NCBI GenBank assembly: GCA_034408935.1
Contig: DAOUMV010000013.1
Coordinates: 50,759-114,758 of the forward strand
Direction of reading: 5' to 3'
Origin: Dehalococcoidia bacterium
GTDB lineage: Bacteria > Chloroflexota > Dehalococcoidia > SM23-28-2 > RBG-16-64-32
Length of the DNA stretch: 64,000 nucleotides
Shown here in pieces: positions 18,543-28,346 of the stretch. A program made the position numbers and the translations under genes. Each line of letters starts with the position of its first letter. Within the stretch, counting starts at the first letter, position 1. A model generated the notes under the pieces. The model was not told where the DNA came from and did not search any database. It saw only the letters and a program-made list of their open reading frames with translations.

Positions 18543-18899
18543 GCCAACCGGCCCCACCACGCCTGCCACGGCGATGTCGAGTGAAGATGGCGGCGATAGA
18601 GGGGCATTGAAACCCGCCTAGCCCTGGCACACAATACCAGCACCATGAGATGATGGGCCGTCTGGATCACCGCAGTCGTAATCCTGGCCCTGCTCAACGG
18701 CATCGTGTGGACGCTAGTGGTAGCGCGGTAATGCAGCATGCCAGTCGGCATGATGACTTGGGAACCGTGGCCCCCGCCATGCTGTACAATGGGGTGAGAA
18801 TATCCTCCCAGTGCGCCTAACTGTCACCAGTTTGCAGATACAACAGGGGCGAAAACAAGAGAAAAACTGCGACTGATCAGCGCGCATGCGAGGAAATAC

Positions 18900-18944
18900 C
18901 TTCCAAGCAGGTCACACGGGTTCGATTCCCGTCGCCCGCTCCAG
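18900..18944 (+). repeat. attR (45-bp copy of tRNA-Gly 3' half)
   Basis: Exact copy of 14767-14811 without the 5' half of the tRNA. Confidence 0.8.
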
Positions 18945-19134
18945 GCTCAATCCCAACGATGCCGTGTCCACGGGACTCGTGGCAGCGTGGAGATCGGCGC
19001 TCGGTTCCCTGAGTCGGCGGCAGCGGCCCCGATCGCGGTGGCGCTGGACAGACCATCGCCGAGCGCATATCATTAGCCACCGCCACGTGAAACCTGTGCG
19101 GCTCAAGTCTCCCCGCGATCAGGAGGTCTGAGGG

Positions 19135-20700
19135 ATGCGACTCCACGATTACCTCGACTATCACGCGCGCGAGCACGCGGACATCGAGTTCGCGGTGCTC
19201 GGCGACCGAAGCGTCACATACGCCGAGGCCCTCGCCGAGGCGAATCGCCTGGCGAACGCGTTCGTCAGCGCCGGGCTCGAAGCGGGTGATCGGGTCGCGT
19301 TCCTCTCCAAGAACAGCATCGAGTACCCCCTGCTGTTCTACGCGGCGGCCAAGGCGGGCGTGGTTCCGGTTCCCCTCAACTACCGAATGGCGGCTCCGGA
19401 GTGGGTTTACGTGATGAACGACTCCCAGGCAAAGATGCTCGTGGCGTCCGCGGCCTACGTTGGCGTCGTGGACGGGTTCCGCAGCGAACTCAAGGGCGTC
19501 CAGAGGTACGTCGCCATCGATGCCGGCGTGACCGAAGGCTGGGATGACTACCGCCAGTCAGTCGCCGATCAGCCTCCGACCCCTCCGGATCGGGTCATCA
19601 CCGACGACGATGATGTGTACCAGATGTACACCAGCGGCACGACGGGCCACCCCAAGGGCGCGGTGCTGACTCACCGCGCGGTGACCTCCCAGATCGCTCA
19701 GATCGCCGTGGTGTACTCCGGGACGCCGGGTGACCGCATGCTGATCGTCGCGCCCCTCTACCACGCCGCTGCGGCCATCACCGCCTTCGCGACGGTATGC
19801 CTGGGCGGCACCATGTACATCCAGGAGGACTTCAACCCCCTGGAGGTGGTCAGAGCCCTGAGCGAAGAACGCATCGTCCGCACCACACTCGTGCCAGCGA
19901 TGATCCAGGCCTGCCTGGTCTTCATCCCCGACATCGGGGAGCGGCGCTACGATGACCTGGAGCGCATCTCGTACGGCGCCGCCCCCATCGCTGAGGAGAC
20001 CCTGCGCCGTGCCGCGCAGGCATTCAAGTGCGAGTTCGTGCAGGCCTACGGCATGACGGAGACGACCGCGATACTAACCTACCTGCTGGCTTCCGACCAC
20101 GAGCGGGCGCTCAAGGACGAGCCGAACCTGCTGCTCTCAGCCGGGCGACCTCTCCTCGGCACGGAGATACGCATTGTGGACGAGGATGACAACCCGGTGC
20201 CCAACGGAACCATCGGCGAGATCATCGCCCGCGGCCCCCAGATCATGCGCGGCTACTGGAACATACCGGACGAGACAGCGGAGGCGCTGCGGGGCGGCTG
20301 GCTGCACACCGGCGACGCCGGCACCATGGATGATGAAGGCTACGTGTACGTCCAGGACCGGGTGAAGGACATGATCGTGTCCGGCGGCGAGAACGTCTAC
20401 CCCCGCGTGGTGGAGGACGTGCTGTTCCAGCACCCCGCGGTGGCCGACGCCGCCGTCATCGGCGTACCCGATAAGCAGTGGGGGGAGACGGTGAAGGCGA
20501 TCGTGGTTCTGCGGGCAGAGGCCACCGCCACCGAGGAAGAGATAATGGACTTCTGTCGGGGCAAGCTCGGTGGCTACGAGCGTCCCCGCTCGGTTGACTT
20601 CGTCTCCACGCTGCCACGCAATCCCAGCGGCAAGGTTCTGAAGCGCCAACTGCGCGAGCCCTACTGGGCCGGTCACAAGCGGCGAGTCGCCGGGGCGTAG
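19135..20700 (+). CDS. Long-chain acyl-CoA synthetase (AMP-dependent synthetase/ligase)
   Basis: AMP-binding motif YTSGTTGHPKGAV, GYGMTETT, C-terminal KxxK region. Confidence 0.88.
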   Translation: MRLHDYLDYHAREHADIEFAVLGDRSVTYAEALAEANRLANAFVSAGLEAGDRVAFLSKNSIEYPLLFYAAAKAGVVPVPLNYRMAAPEWVYVMNDSQAKMLVASAAYVGVVDGFRSELKGVQRYVAIDAGVTEGWDDYRQSVADQPPTPPDRVITDDDDVYQMYTSGTTGHPKGAVLTHRAVTSQIAQIAVVYSGTPGDRMLIVAPLYHAAAAITAFATVCLGGTMYIQEDFNPLEVVRALSEERIVRTTLVPAMIQACLVFIPDIGERRYDDLERISYGAAPIAEETLRRAAQAFKCEFVQAYGMTETTAILTYLLASDHERALKDEPNLLLSAGRPLLGTEIRIVDEDDNPVPNGTIGEIIARGPQIMRGYWNIPDETAEALRGGWLHTGDAGTMDDEGYVYVQDRVKDMIVSGGENVYPRVVEDVLFQHPAVADAAVIGVPDKQWGETVKAIVVLRAEATATEEEIMDFCRGKLGGYERPRSVDFVSTLPRNPSGKVLKRQLREPYWAGHKRRVAGA

Positions 20701-20750
20701 CGGGCCCCGGCGAGCCATAGCGGCACTGCCGTCCACCGGAGGAGGTACCG

Positions 20751-21551
20751 ATGTCTGACTACACGGAGCTGTTGTACGAGGCGGCGGACGGGATCGCCAC
20801 TATCACCCTCAACCGGCCGGAGCGCCTCAACGCCATCACGCTGCCGATGCTCGAGTCCCTGAGCGCGGCCCTGCGAGACGCCGACCTGGACCGCGAGGTT
20901 CGAGTGATCGTCCTCACCGGCGCCGGCCGCGGATTCTGCGCAGGCCTGGACATCAAGGACGTGGCCGCCGGCGCCGGCATCGGAGTCGACGGCGGGGGCC
21001 TCGCCACCGCCCGCTTCGACCTGGCCGGGAGCCCGCCCGTGGTCCTGCATACCACTGACAAGCCCGTGGTGTGCGCCGTCAACGGCGGCGCCGCCGGCTA
21101 CGGCCTGGATCTCGCCCTGGGCTGCGATATCCGCGTCGCCTCCAGCGAGGCTAAACTGGCAGCTGTGTTCACCAAGCGCGCCATCCTGCCGGAGAGCGGC
21201 GGCAGTTGGCTCCTGCCTCGGCTCATCGGTTGGGCTAAGGCCGCCGAGATAGCGTTCCGCGGGATGACCCTCGGTGCCCAGGAGGCGCTGGAGTTGGGCC
21301 TGGTGAACCACGTCGTGGAGCCGGAGCGGCTGATGCCCTTCACTCGGGAGATCGCTGCCGAGATCGCGTCCAACGCGCCCCTGGCCGTCCAGGCCACCAA
21401 GCGGATGATGCGCTTGGGCCTGGAGGAGACGTTCGAGGCCAATGTCCACCACGTCTTCCTTCAGCTCTTGCCGCTATTCCAGACGGAGGACTTCAAGGAA
21501 GGCATGATGTCCTACCTGCAAAAGCGCCCCCCGCGCTTTCAGGGCAGGTAG
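20751..21551 (+). CDS. Enoyl-CoA hydratase/isomerase family protein
   Basis: Crotonase fold motifs (ITLNRPERLNAI, TGAGRGFCAGLDI). Confidence 0.85.
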   Translation: MSDYTELLYEAADGIATITLNRPERLNAITLPMLESLSAALRDADLDREVRVIVLTGAGRGFCAGLDIKDVAAGAGIGVDGGGLATARFDLAGSPPVVLHTTDKPVVCAVNGGAAGYGLDLALGCDIRVASSEAKLAAVFTKRAILPESGGSWLLPRLIGWAKAAEIAFRGMTLGAQEALELGLVNHVVEPERLMPFTREIAAEIASNAPLAVQATKRMMRLGLEETFEANVHHVFLQLLPLFQTEDFKEGMMSYLQKRPPRFQGR

Positions 21552-21707
21552 GGCCTGCCGGGCTCAGCGCTTCATCGCCTGAGGGCGACAATGCTCACGC
21601 CGCCCGACGTTCGCGTTGACAGAAGAGGCGGCCATTGTATACTCAGGCTAGCCAACAGCCGTAGCTCAAATATGGCCCGCCGACAGGCAGGTGTTGGGTA
21701 GGAGAGT

Positions 21708-22151
21708 ATGACTGCACAGGAAGCTCCAACAGAGAAGCGGATGGTGCCACTGCGAGAGGGTATCTTCAGGCTGCCGTCCAGCCCGGACGAAGAGCCCGCC
21801 CTTATCGGCAGCCGCTGCCAGAAGTGCGGCGACCACTTCTTCCCCAAGCGACACATCTGCCTGAGCTGTGGCCAGGAGGACATCGAGGAGACAACGCTTG
21901 GCCCACGGGGCAAGATCTGGACTTATACCGTAGCCCGCCAGACGCCGCCGGGCTCGCTGATGCAAGCCCCCTATGTCATCGTTGTCGTACAGTTGGCGGA
22001 GGGTGCGATGGTGCAGGCGGTGCTGAGCGACTACGATCCAGAAACGGTGCAAGTCGGCATGGAAGTGGAGATGGTGGTGGAGAAGATGGGCACCAGCGCC
22101 GAAGGCGACGATCTCATGGCCTTCAAGTTCAAGCCAGTGCAGGACGGCTAA
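21708..22151 (+). CDS. DUF35 OB-fold/zinc-ribbon protein (thiolase partner)
   Basis: CxxC...CxxC zinc ribbon (CQKCGDHFFPKRHICLSCG) followed by OB fold; immediately upstream of thiolase-like gene. Confidence 0.75.
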   Translation: MTAQEAPTEKRMVPLREGIFRLPSSPDEEPALIGSRCQKCGDHFFPKRHICLSCGQEDIEETTLGPRGKIWTYTVARQTPPGSLMQAPYVIVVVQLAEGAMVQAVLSDYDPETVQVGMEVEMVVEKMGTSAEGDDLMAFKFKPVQDG

Positions 22152-22182
22152 ACGTTTCCGTTACGGAAAGGGGACACGTTCG

Positions 22183-23301
22183 ATGGCGGCTAGAGACGTA
22201 GTGGTTCTAGGTGTGGGTCTGCACAGGTTCGGTCGCTTTCCGGAGAAGCGCCTGGAGGACATGGCCCGCGAGGCGGCCCTGATGGCCCTCAAGGACGCCG
22301 GCGTCGACTACAAGGAGATCGAGGCCGGCTTCTGCGGCCACGTGTTGCCGGGGACAGCGGTTGGCCTGCGGGTCTTCAGCGAGCTGGGGATGACGGGGAT
22401 CCCCGTCACCAACGTCGAGCTGGCCTGCGCCAGCAGCTCCCGCGCGGTCATGCTGGCTGCCGATGCCATCGCCGGCGGCATCTATGATCTCGCGCTGATC
22501 ATCGGAGCGGAGAAGATGCAGCGAGGTCTCCTCGCCGGCGGATTCGAGGCCAGCTATCAGTCCCTCATGGGCCTGTTCATCATGCCTGGCGCCTACGCCC
22601 TCATGGCCCGCCGTCACATGCACGAACACGGCACCAAGCCGGAGCACTTCGCCAAGGTCTCCGAGAAGTCTCATCGCAATGGCGCTCTCAACCCCTATGC
22701 TCAGTATCAGGAACCGCTGAGCCTGGAAGAGATCATGAACTCTCGCATGATCGCCGAACCCATCACCCTGTATCAATGCTCGCCAACCACCGACGGCGCC
22801 TCGGCGGTTGTAGTGGCTTCGGCGGAGAAGGCCCGGCAGTACACCGGTAAGCCGGTCTACCTGAAGGCGTGGGCAGGCGCCACGCCGATCTATCACAGGG
22901 ATGAGCCGGAACTGTCGGAAGGCCCCACCGACATCATCGCCCGCAAGTGCTACGAGAAGTCAGGAGCGGGACCCGAGGACATCGATGTCGTCCAGGTGCA
23001 CGACGCCTTCACCCCCGGCGAGATCCTCAGCATCGAACACCTCGGGCTGGTCCCGGAGGGCGAAGGTGGCCCCTTCGTCTGGGAAGGCGGCACAGAGATA
23101 ACGGGCAAGATGCCCGTCAACACCGACGGCGGCCTGTTGAGCCGGGGCCATCCCCTGGGAGCAACCGGCGGGGCGATGATCACCGAACTGACGCGGCAGC
23201 TACGCGGCGAGGCCGGCCCTCGTCAGGTGGAGGAGGCCAAAACAGCGCTCCTCCACAACGCCGGCCTCGGCGGCGTCAACGTGATGATCCTCCAGAGCTG
23301 A
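22183..23301 (+). CDS. Thiolase-like protein (SCP-x/lipid-transfer type, nondecarboxylating thiolase)
   Basis: Thiolase N/C domains, active-site Cys region LACASSSRAV, C-terminal GHPLGATG. Confidence 0.8.
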   Translation: MAARDVVVLGVGLHRFGRFPEKRLEDMAREAALMALKDAGVDYKEIEAGFCGHVLPGTAVGLRVFSELGMTGIPVTNVELACASSSRAVMLAADAIAGGIYDLALIIGAEKMQRGLLAGGFEASYQSLMGLFIMPGAYALMARRHMHEHGTKPEHFAKVSEKSHRNGALNPYAQYQEPLSLEEIMNSRMIAEPITLYQCSPTTDGASAVVVASAEKARQYTGKPVYLKAWAGATPIYHRDEPELSEGPTDIIARKCYEKSGAGPEDIDVVQVHDAFTPGEILSIEHLGLVPEGEGGPFVWEGGTEITGKMPVNTDGGLLSRGHPLGATGGAMITELTRQLRGEAGPRQVEEAKTALLHNAGLGGVNVMILQS

Positions 23302-23331
23302 CGCAGCGCCCTCAGAGGAGCTGCTCGTCTA

Positions 23332-24165
23332 CTATGCCCGCTGGCCTGTCTCGCGGTCGATCGCGTACCACTCACCGCGACTGACGGTTAGGCCACCGGG
23401 GTCGATCTGCGCCCGAATGATGGTGAGCTGCTCGTCAGTTGGCGGCTCCATTCGCTCCACCTTGTCAGCGATAAGGGGCTCGAACTCCATCTTGCTGAGG
23501 ACTTGCTCCACCGTCATCCACGGCATCATGGCGATGAGCCGCATTTGACGCGTCTCCTCATCGAAGTCGAAGAGAGCCTCCTGCGTGATGATCTTGTAGG
23601 GCCCCGTGTTGGCCGGCATACCAGCCCGCTCGCGAGCGCCTGGCGTGCCGTCCAGATAGCCGGGTGAGGACATGAAGTCAAGCTTGTTGACGAACTTGCG
23701 ACGCTCAAGCTTGGTCATGAGCAGGGTGCGCCAGCATTGGCTGGCGATCTCGGGAGCGCCTCCGGGGCCGCCGAAGCGCCGCTCAGGTTGCTCGTAGGTG
23801 CCGCCGATGAAAGTGGAATTGAAGTTGCCGAACTTGTCCACCTGCAGGCAAGCAAGCAGGCCGTAGTCCATGAAGCCCAAGGCGGCATGAGAATCCGCTA
23901 TGTTCATGCCGTACCAGCCCACGGCGCGGTGGTGCGAACGGCTGGCGCCCAGCATCATGCGAGGGAGGGGGAAGCTGGGGCTGGGGGTCACGGCACCCTC
24001 CTCCACCACATAGCCCACGTCCGGCGTCCGCATGTACTTGGCCAGGAGGATGGCCATCAGCGGGGCACCGGCCATCTGCACGAAATACAGTTTGTCTTCC
24101 TCGATCAGATTGGCGATGGTGCAGATGTTGGCCTCGACGTCTGTGAAGGTCAGCTGATCACTCAT
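23332..24165 (-). CDS. CoA-transferase subunit B (glutaconate/3-oxoacid CoA-transferase family)
   Basis: Family I CoA-transferase beta subunit motifs (catalytic Glu region ...GAVTPSPSFPLP..., GMNIADS); start at MSDQLTF overlapping subunit A stop (ATGA). Confidence 0.75.
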   Translation of the reverse strand: MSDQLTFTDVEANICTIANLIEEDKLYFVQMAGAPLMAILLAKYMRTPDVGYVVEEGAVTPSPSFPLPRMMLGASRSHHRAVGWYGMNIADSHAALGFMDYGLLACLQVDKFGNFNSTFIGGTYEQPERRFGGPGGAPEIASQCWRTLLMTKLERRKFVNKLDFMSSPGYLDGTPGARERAGMPANTGPYKIITQEALFDFDEETRQMRLIAMMPWMTVEQVLSKMEFEPLIADKVERMEPPTDEQLTIIRAQIDPGGLTVSRGEWYAIDRETGQRA

Positions 24166-25133
24166 TCGTAGTAGCCCTCCTTGACGGTCTCGGCCGCCTT
24201 CAGGGAGTCCAGTTTCTCCTGGCCAACGCGCTTCTCCAGCATCTCCTGGTGGGAGGCGACGCTGAACACCCACTTCTCCAGGTACTCGTCGGTCTTGCCC
24301 TGCATCTCAGCCGCCATGAACTCCAACCAGTGCTCGATATCGCCGGCGTAGAGCCCCGGCGTGCTACCCGGGTAGCAGCCGAAAGGTGCCTCCACCACGG
24401 CATCGACGAAGTAGTAGGGGATCGTCGTCCTCTGCGGCTGGCGACGGATGTCTTCCGTGTCGATGATCTCCTCGGTGGAAACGATCAGCTTCTTGCTGGA
24501 CATGGCGATCTCCATGGGGGCCACCCCGGCACCCATCACACGAGCGTTGCCATAGACGTCGCACTGATGCACATGGATGACCGCCACATCGGGGTAGAGA
24601 GCAGGCACGAGACAGACTCGCTGCCCCGTGTAGGGATCCTCGGTGATTCTGGCGCCCGACTGGGTGAAGGTATCGGTCCCACCGAGATAGCGCATCGGCA
24701 GAAAGGGAACCCCCAGGGAGCCGGCCAGATGGCGGTGGGCAAGGGCGCCATTGCTCCACTCGATGAGCTTGACCTTCCCCTCCCGGATGGCCGTGTTGAT
24801 GACCTTGCCAGCCGACATCCAGCCCACATCGACCTTGCTGACGCAACCGCCGGCCACCAAGAGGCTGGCGTCCGTCCAGGTGAACTTGGCCGTGATCCAG
24901 AGGTCTTTCTTGCGCTGGCGGATGATCTCGCGAAAGAGCGAAGTGGGGCCTCGGACGGCCACGTTCTGGTCGTAGGCCAGATAGTCCCCGTCTTCAACGA
25001 AGCGGGAAACGGCCTCCTGCTCGCTCACGACTTTGTTGACGAGGCGCCTCTCCTTGTGGGTGCGCACGTATTCCCGGAACCCGTCAGGGTCGGGCATGCG
25101 GAACTCGCCGATTCCGGACTCTAGAACCTCCAT
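24162..25133 (-). CDS. CoA-transferase subunit A
   Basis: Alpha-subunit fold (LVAGGCVSKVDVGWMSAG...), translationally coupled to subunit B. Confidence 0.75.
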   Translation of the reverse strand: MEVLESGIGEFRMPDPDGFREYVRTHKERRLVNKVVSEQEAVSRFVEDGDYLAYDQNVAVRGPTSLFREIIRQRKKDLWITAKFTWTDASLLVAGGCVSKVDVGWMSAGKVINTAIREGKVKLIEWSNGALAHRHLAGSLGVPFLPMRYLGGTDTFTQSGARITEDPYTGQRVCLVPALYPDVAVIHVHQCDVYGNARVMGAGVAPMEIAMSSKKLIVSTEEIIDTEDIRRQPQRTTIPYYFVDAVVEAPFGCYPGSTPGLYAGDIEHWLEFMAAEMQGKTDEYLEKWVFSVASHQEMLEKRVGQEKLDSLKAAETVKEGYYE

Positions 25134-25155
25134 CTGTACCCTCTTTCCTGGTCGC

Positions 25156-25983
25156 CTATGGGCTGGGCGGCTGCTGGAAGCCCATGACCTGCCTCCCCTC
25201 CTCGATGCCCAGGCCGCGGACCACGTACTCCAGTTCCGCATCGCGCCAGGGCAGGGGAGCGGGCTCCTGAATCAGTTTGGCTTGCTTCATCTCCTCCACC
25301 ACCTGGGGATCCTCCTTCATGGGCCTGCCATACTCCATCTCGGAGAAGAGAGCCTCGAAGGGGGCCTTGCCGGTCTGGCCGCCCGCCTCCCAGGACTCGG
25401 CCGGATACCCCAAAGCCTGGACGCAAACGAGGGTGGCGGTCTCCGGAAGCTTCAGGAGCTTGTTCAGTTTGTCGACCATCGTGGGGCTGCTCATGCAGCA
25501 GGTGCCGAGACCTTCATCGTAGGCCACCGCAGTGGCCTGAGCCACAGCCTGGCCCACGTCCATGAACGCCAGCGGCGCCACGGCCGCCTGCTGCCACATG
25601 GCCCCGAACACCGGCTTCAGTGCGCGGTCTACGAGGGCCTTGGTCTCCTCTGGATTCGTACCGATGCGCCGCTGGTCGGCCAGGTCCTTGATGTCGTCGA
25701 TCCACTTGTTGACCTCATAGGCCGCCGCGTCCGAGTACCAGATGAGGAAGCAGGGGGCCGTCTGCATCTGCTGGTAGCCCAGGGGAGGCGTGAGGGCCTG
25801 GATCAGCTCAGGCGATGCCTGATCCTTCCAGACGACGATGGCCCGCGTGTTGTTGACGTTGCCCACGCAGGAGGCGCGACGGGCCGCCTCCAGCATCTTC
25901 TGCACCTTGCCCCGCTCCACGGGGCGAAAGGGGAGGAAGAATCGGATGGTCCGCCTCCGGCCTAACACCTCTTTCAGTTCCAT
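25156..25983 (-). CDS. Nitroreductase-family protein
   Basis: Nitroreductase fold signature (RRTIRFF..., conserved C-terminal helix region). Confidence 0.65.
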   Translation of the reverse strand: MELKEVLGRRRTIRFFLPFRPVERGKVQKMLEAARRASCVGNVNNTRAIVVWKDQASPELIQALTPPLGYQQMQTAPCFLIWYSDAAAYEVNKWIDDIKDLADQRRIGTNPEETKALVDRALKPVFGAMWQQAAVAPLAFMDVGQAVAQATAVAYDEGLGTCCMSSPTMVDKLNKLLKLPETATLVCVQALGYPAESWEAGGQTGKAPFEALFSEMEYGRPMKEDPQVVEEMKQAKLIQEPAPLPWRDAELEYVVRGLGIEEGRQVMGFQQPPSP

Positions 25984-26210
25984 CGATGCCCTCCTTCCAG
26001 CTCAGCGAGTCAACGCTACTTTAGGACAGCCGAAGCAGGCCGTCAAACGAGAGGGGATGCCGTTTGGCAAGAGCATTCTATATTGGGGCGAGGCCGTCAA
26101 TCAGGCATCACCCAGAGTCTGGCGTGGGGCTTTCCCTGACACGTCCCCACCGACGCCAAGCGCTTGTGCTACCATCCTCTCAGGCGAGGCCAGGCGGAAG
26201 CGAGGTTGAC

Positions 26211-26885
26211 ATGTCAGAGCCGCAAGCAAGTGAACTGATGGTGCGGGGCATAGTCGTGGGCGTCTTCGCCGAGAACTGCTGGATCATCGGCTCCCAGCGC
26301 ACAGGGGAGGCCATCGCCATCGACCCGGGGGACCAGGCGGAAGACATCCTGCACCTGGCAGAAGACATGGGGCTGAAGATCAAGGTCATCGCCAACACCC
26401 ACGCGCACATCGATCACATCCTGGGGGTGCGCGGCGTCCAGGAAGCCACCGGCGCCAAGTTCCTCCTCCACGCCGACGAAGTGCAGATCGCCCGTGGCTC
26501 TGTCCAGGCGGCCGCCCACATGCTGGGCAAGGCGGTGGAGCCGCCACCGGAGCCCGACGCCCTCCTAGCCGAAGGCGACGAGGTGGAGGTAGAGGGTGTC
26601 AAGCTGAAGGTGATCCATACCCCTGGCCACACCCCCGGCGGCGTCTCCTTCTACACCAACGGCGTCGTCTTCAGCGGCGACACCCTTTTCTGCGGCTCCA
26701 TCGGGCGCACGGACATGCCGGGCGGTGACTACCGCCAGGAGATGTCCAGCATCGTCGACCGTCTACTCGAACTGCCCGACGACACGATCGTCCTGCCGGG
26801 CCACATGCAACAGACGAAGATCGGCATAGAGCGCCAAACCAACCCATTTATCCTGGAAGAGCTGGCTCACCGCCGCGGTGACTGA
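26211..26885 (+). CDS. MBL-fold metallo-hydrolase (hydroxyacylglutathione hydrolase-like)
   Basis: HxHxDH motif (THAHIDHILG), downstream His/Asp ligands (HTPGHTPG, GDTLF). Confidence 0.85.
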   Translation: MSEPQASELMVRGIVVGVFAENCWIIGSQRTGEAIAIDPGDQAEDILHLAEDMGLKIKVIANTHAHIDHILGVRGVQEATGAKFLLHADEVQIARGSVQAAAHMLGKAVEPPPEPDALLAEGDEVEVEGVKLKVIHTPGHTPGGVSFYTNGVVFSGDTLFCGSIGRTDMPGGDYRQEMSSIVDRLLELPDDTIVLPGHMQQTKIGIERQTNPFILEELAHRRGD

Positions 26886-26983
26886 GGCCAGCCACTTGAC
26901 GCCGGGTTTATGGCGATAGTTTGGGGAGAGTTTCCTGGCATACTGGCACCAGGAGATCAGAGGTGTGGGGAAAGGAGGAAGCT

Positions 26984-27169
26984 ATGATCTCCAGAATTAG
27001 CTCCGCCGTGTCGGCATTGGTCGTCCACTTGGAGCACGAATCTGGTCAGACTCTGGCGGAATATGGCCTGATCCTGGTGTTCATCGCCGCGGCCTGCATC
27101 ATCGCCCTGGGGACTCTCGGTCTGGCCGTCTCCGGCCAATTGGACGTCATCGCAACGGCAATCCCGTAA
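26984..27169 (+). CDS. flp: Flp/Fap-family type IVb pilin (61 aa)
   Basis: Consensus SD AAAGGAGG 6 nt upstream; Flp motif ...GQTLAEYGLILVFIAAACIIALG... Confidence 0.7.
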   Translation: MISRISSAVSALVVHLEHESGQTLAEYGLILVFIAAACIIALGTLGLAVSGQLDVIATAIP

Positions 27170-27199
27170 CGACGCCGCCGGGGACCGCGAGAGCGCTCT

Positions 27200-28342
27200 T
27201 CAGCGACCCACGTCCATGAACCGCACGGCCTGAGCCAGCGCCTCCTCGAACACCGTCTCGCGGCCTTGCTTCTCCAGCTCCTCGCTGAGAAGGGCAGCTT
27301 CCGACGGCATGCCGATGCGCACCACCCGCGAGTGGCCGCCTTCGGGCATCTCGACCGTGACGGTGACGCACGTCTCGTCGTCAGGCACGCGGGTGACGGC
27401 AAGAGTGGCACGGCCCGCCGCCTCCAACCAGATGGAGTGCAGTCCCTCCCCCCGATAGGTCGACTCCGGCCTCAGCTCTACCGCCACCGCTCCGGCGGTG
27501 CCCTTGAGGCCGAAGGCCATGGCCCCCGTGCGAAACCGGCGGCCGTCTTCCAGAGCCCAACCCAAGCGCGACGCTAGCCAGCCCACCGTAAGCAGACCCT
27601 CAGCGATGTCCGGCTCACGACCGTGACGAGAGGCGATCCGCACCTCCACCCGGTCCAGCTTGTCCAGATACTGGCGGCCGGGGGGAGCATCGAAGCACTG
27701 CGCCACCAGCTCCCGCCAATGGCTGAGCCGTGACCAGTTGAGATCGCTCACGGCGACGCCGCCCTCCTCGACCAGTTGTTGGAGGCCAACGAGCGTGGAG
27801 GTCGCACGCTCAGTTTCAAAGCCCGCGCTGTCCACGACCACCCGGTCGCAGGTTTCCAGCAGCTCCCGAAACAGGTGGCCCGTCAGGGGCGGCTCGTCAT
27901 GCCACCAGAGGAAAACGGGCAGGTCGGGCACCAGCAGCGGCAGTACCGTGCCGTGGAGTTCGTCCACCGCAGGGCCGGAGGCGCGAAGGGTGATTTGCTC
28001 GCTGCATACCCGCTTGCCGCCCTCGGGGGCGATCTGACAGTGGGCGGAGATGGAGGCCTGCAGCCGGGCCGACCGCGCGCCGTGCTCAGCCACCATGATG
28101 ATGGAGCGGCTAGGGTGCCGCCCGGACACCTGCGAGATCACCTCGTTGATACGACCGGCGACATCCTGGCTTGGGGCATAGGCTATCAGGTTGAGCACAC
28201 AGGCCCGGACCACGGGCTGACCCCCCAGCGTGTCCTCAGCAGCGGCCTTCCAGAGCTGTGTGATCTCGTGTTCGATAGCGGCGATGTCCACTCGCCGCGT
28301 CTGGCCTCCCAGAACTGCCCGATAGCGATTGGAGGTGGTCAT
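27200..28342 (-). CDS. opcA: Glucose-6-phosphate dehydrogenase assembly protein OpcA
   Basis: OpcA family signature; immediately downstream of zwf with 4-nt gap. Confidence 0.8.
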   Translation of the reverse strand: MTTSNRYRAVLGGQTRRVDIAAIEHEITQLWKAAAEDTLGGQPVVRACVLNLIAYAPSQDVAGRINEVISQVSGRHPSRSIIMVAEHGARSARLQASISAHCQIAPEGGKRVCSEQITLRASGPAVDELHGTVLPLLVPDLPVFLWWHDEPPLTGHLFRELLETCDRVVVDSAGFETERATSTLVGLQQLVEEGGVAVSDLNWSRLSHWRELVAQCFDAPPGRQYLDKLDRVEVRIASRHGREPDIAEGLLTVGWLASRLGWALEDGRRFRTGAMAFGLKGTAGAVAVELRPESTYRGEGLHSIWLEAAGRATLAVTRVPDDETCVTVTVEMPEGGHSRVVRIGMPSEAALLSEELEKQGRETVFEEALAQAVRFMDVGR

Positions 28343-28346
28343 ACCC

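Larger units (their letters stand above)
14738..18944. mobile_element. Integrative element (~4.2 kb) inserted at 3' end of tRNA-Gly, bounded by 45-bp direct repeats
   Basis: Tyrosine integrase immediately downstream of tRNA-Gly; exact 45-bp repeat of tRNA 3' half at 18900-18944; lower-GC interior patches. Confidence 0.8.
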
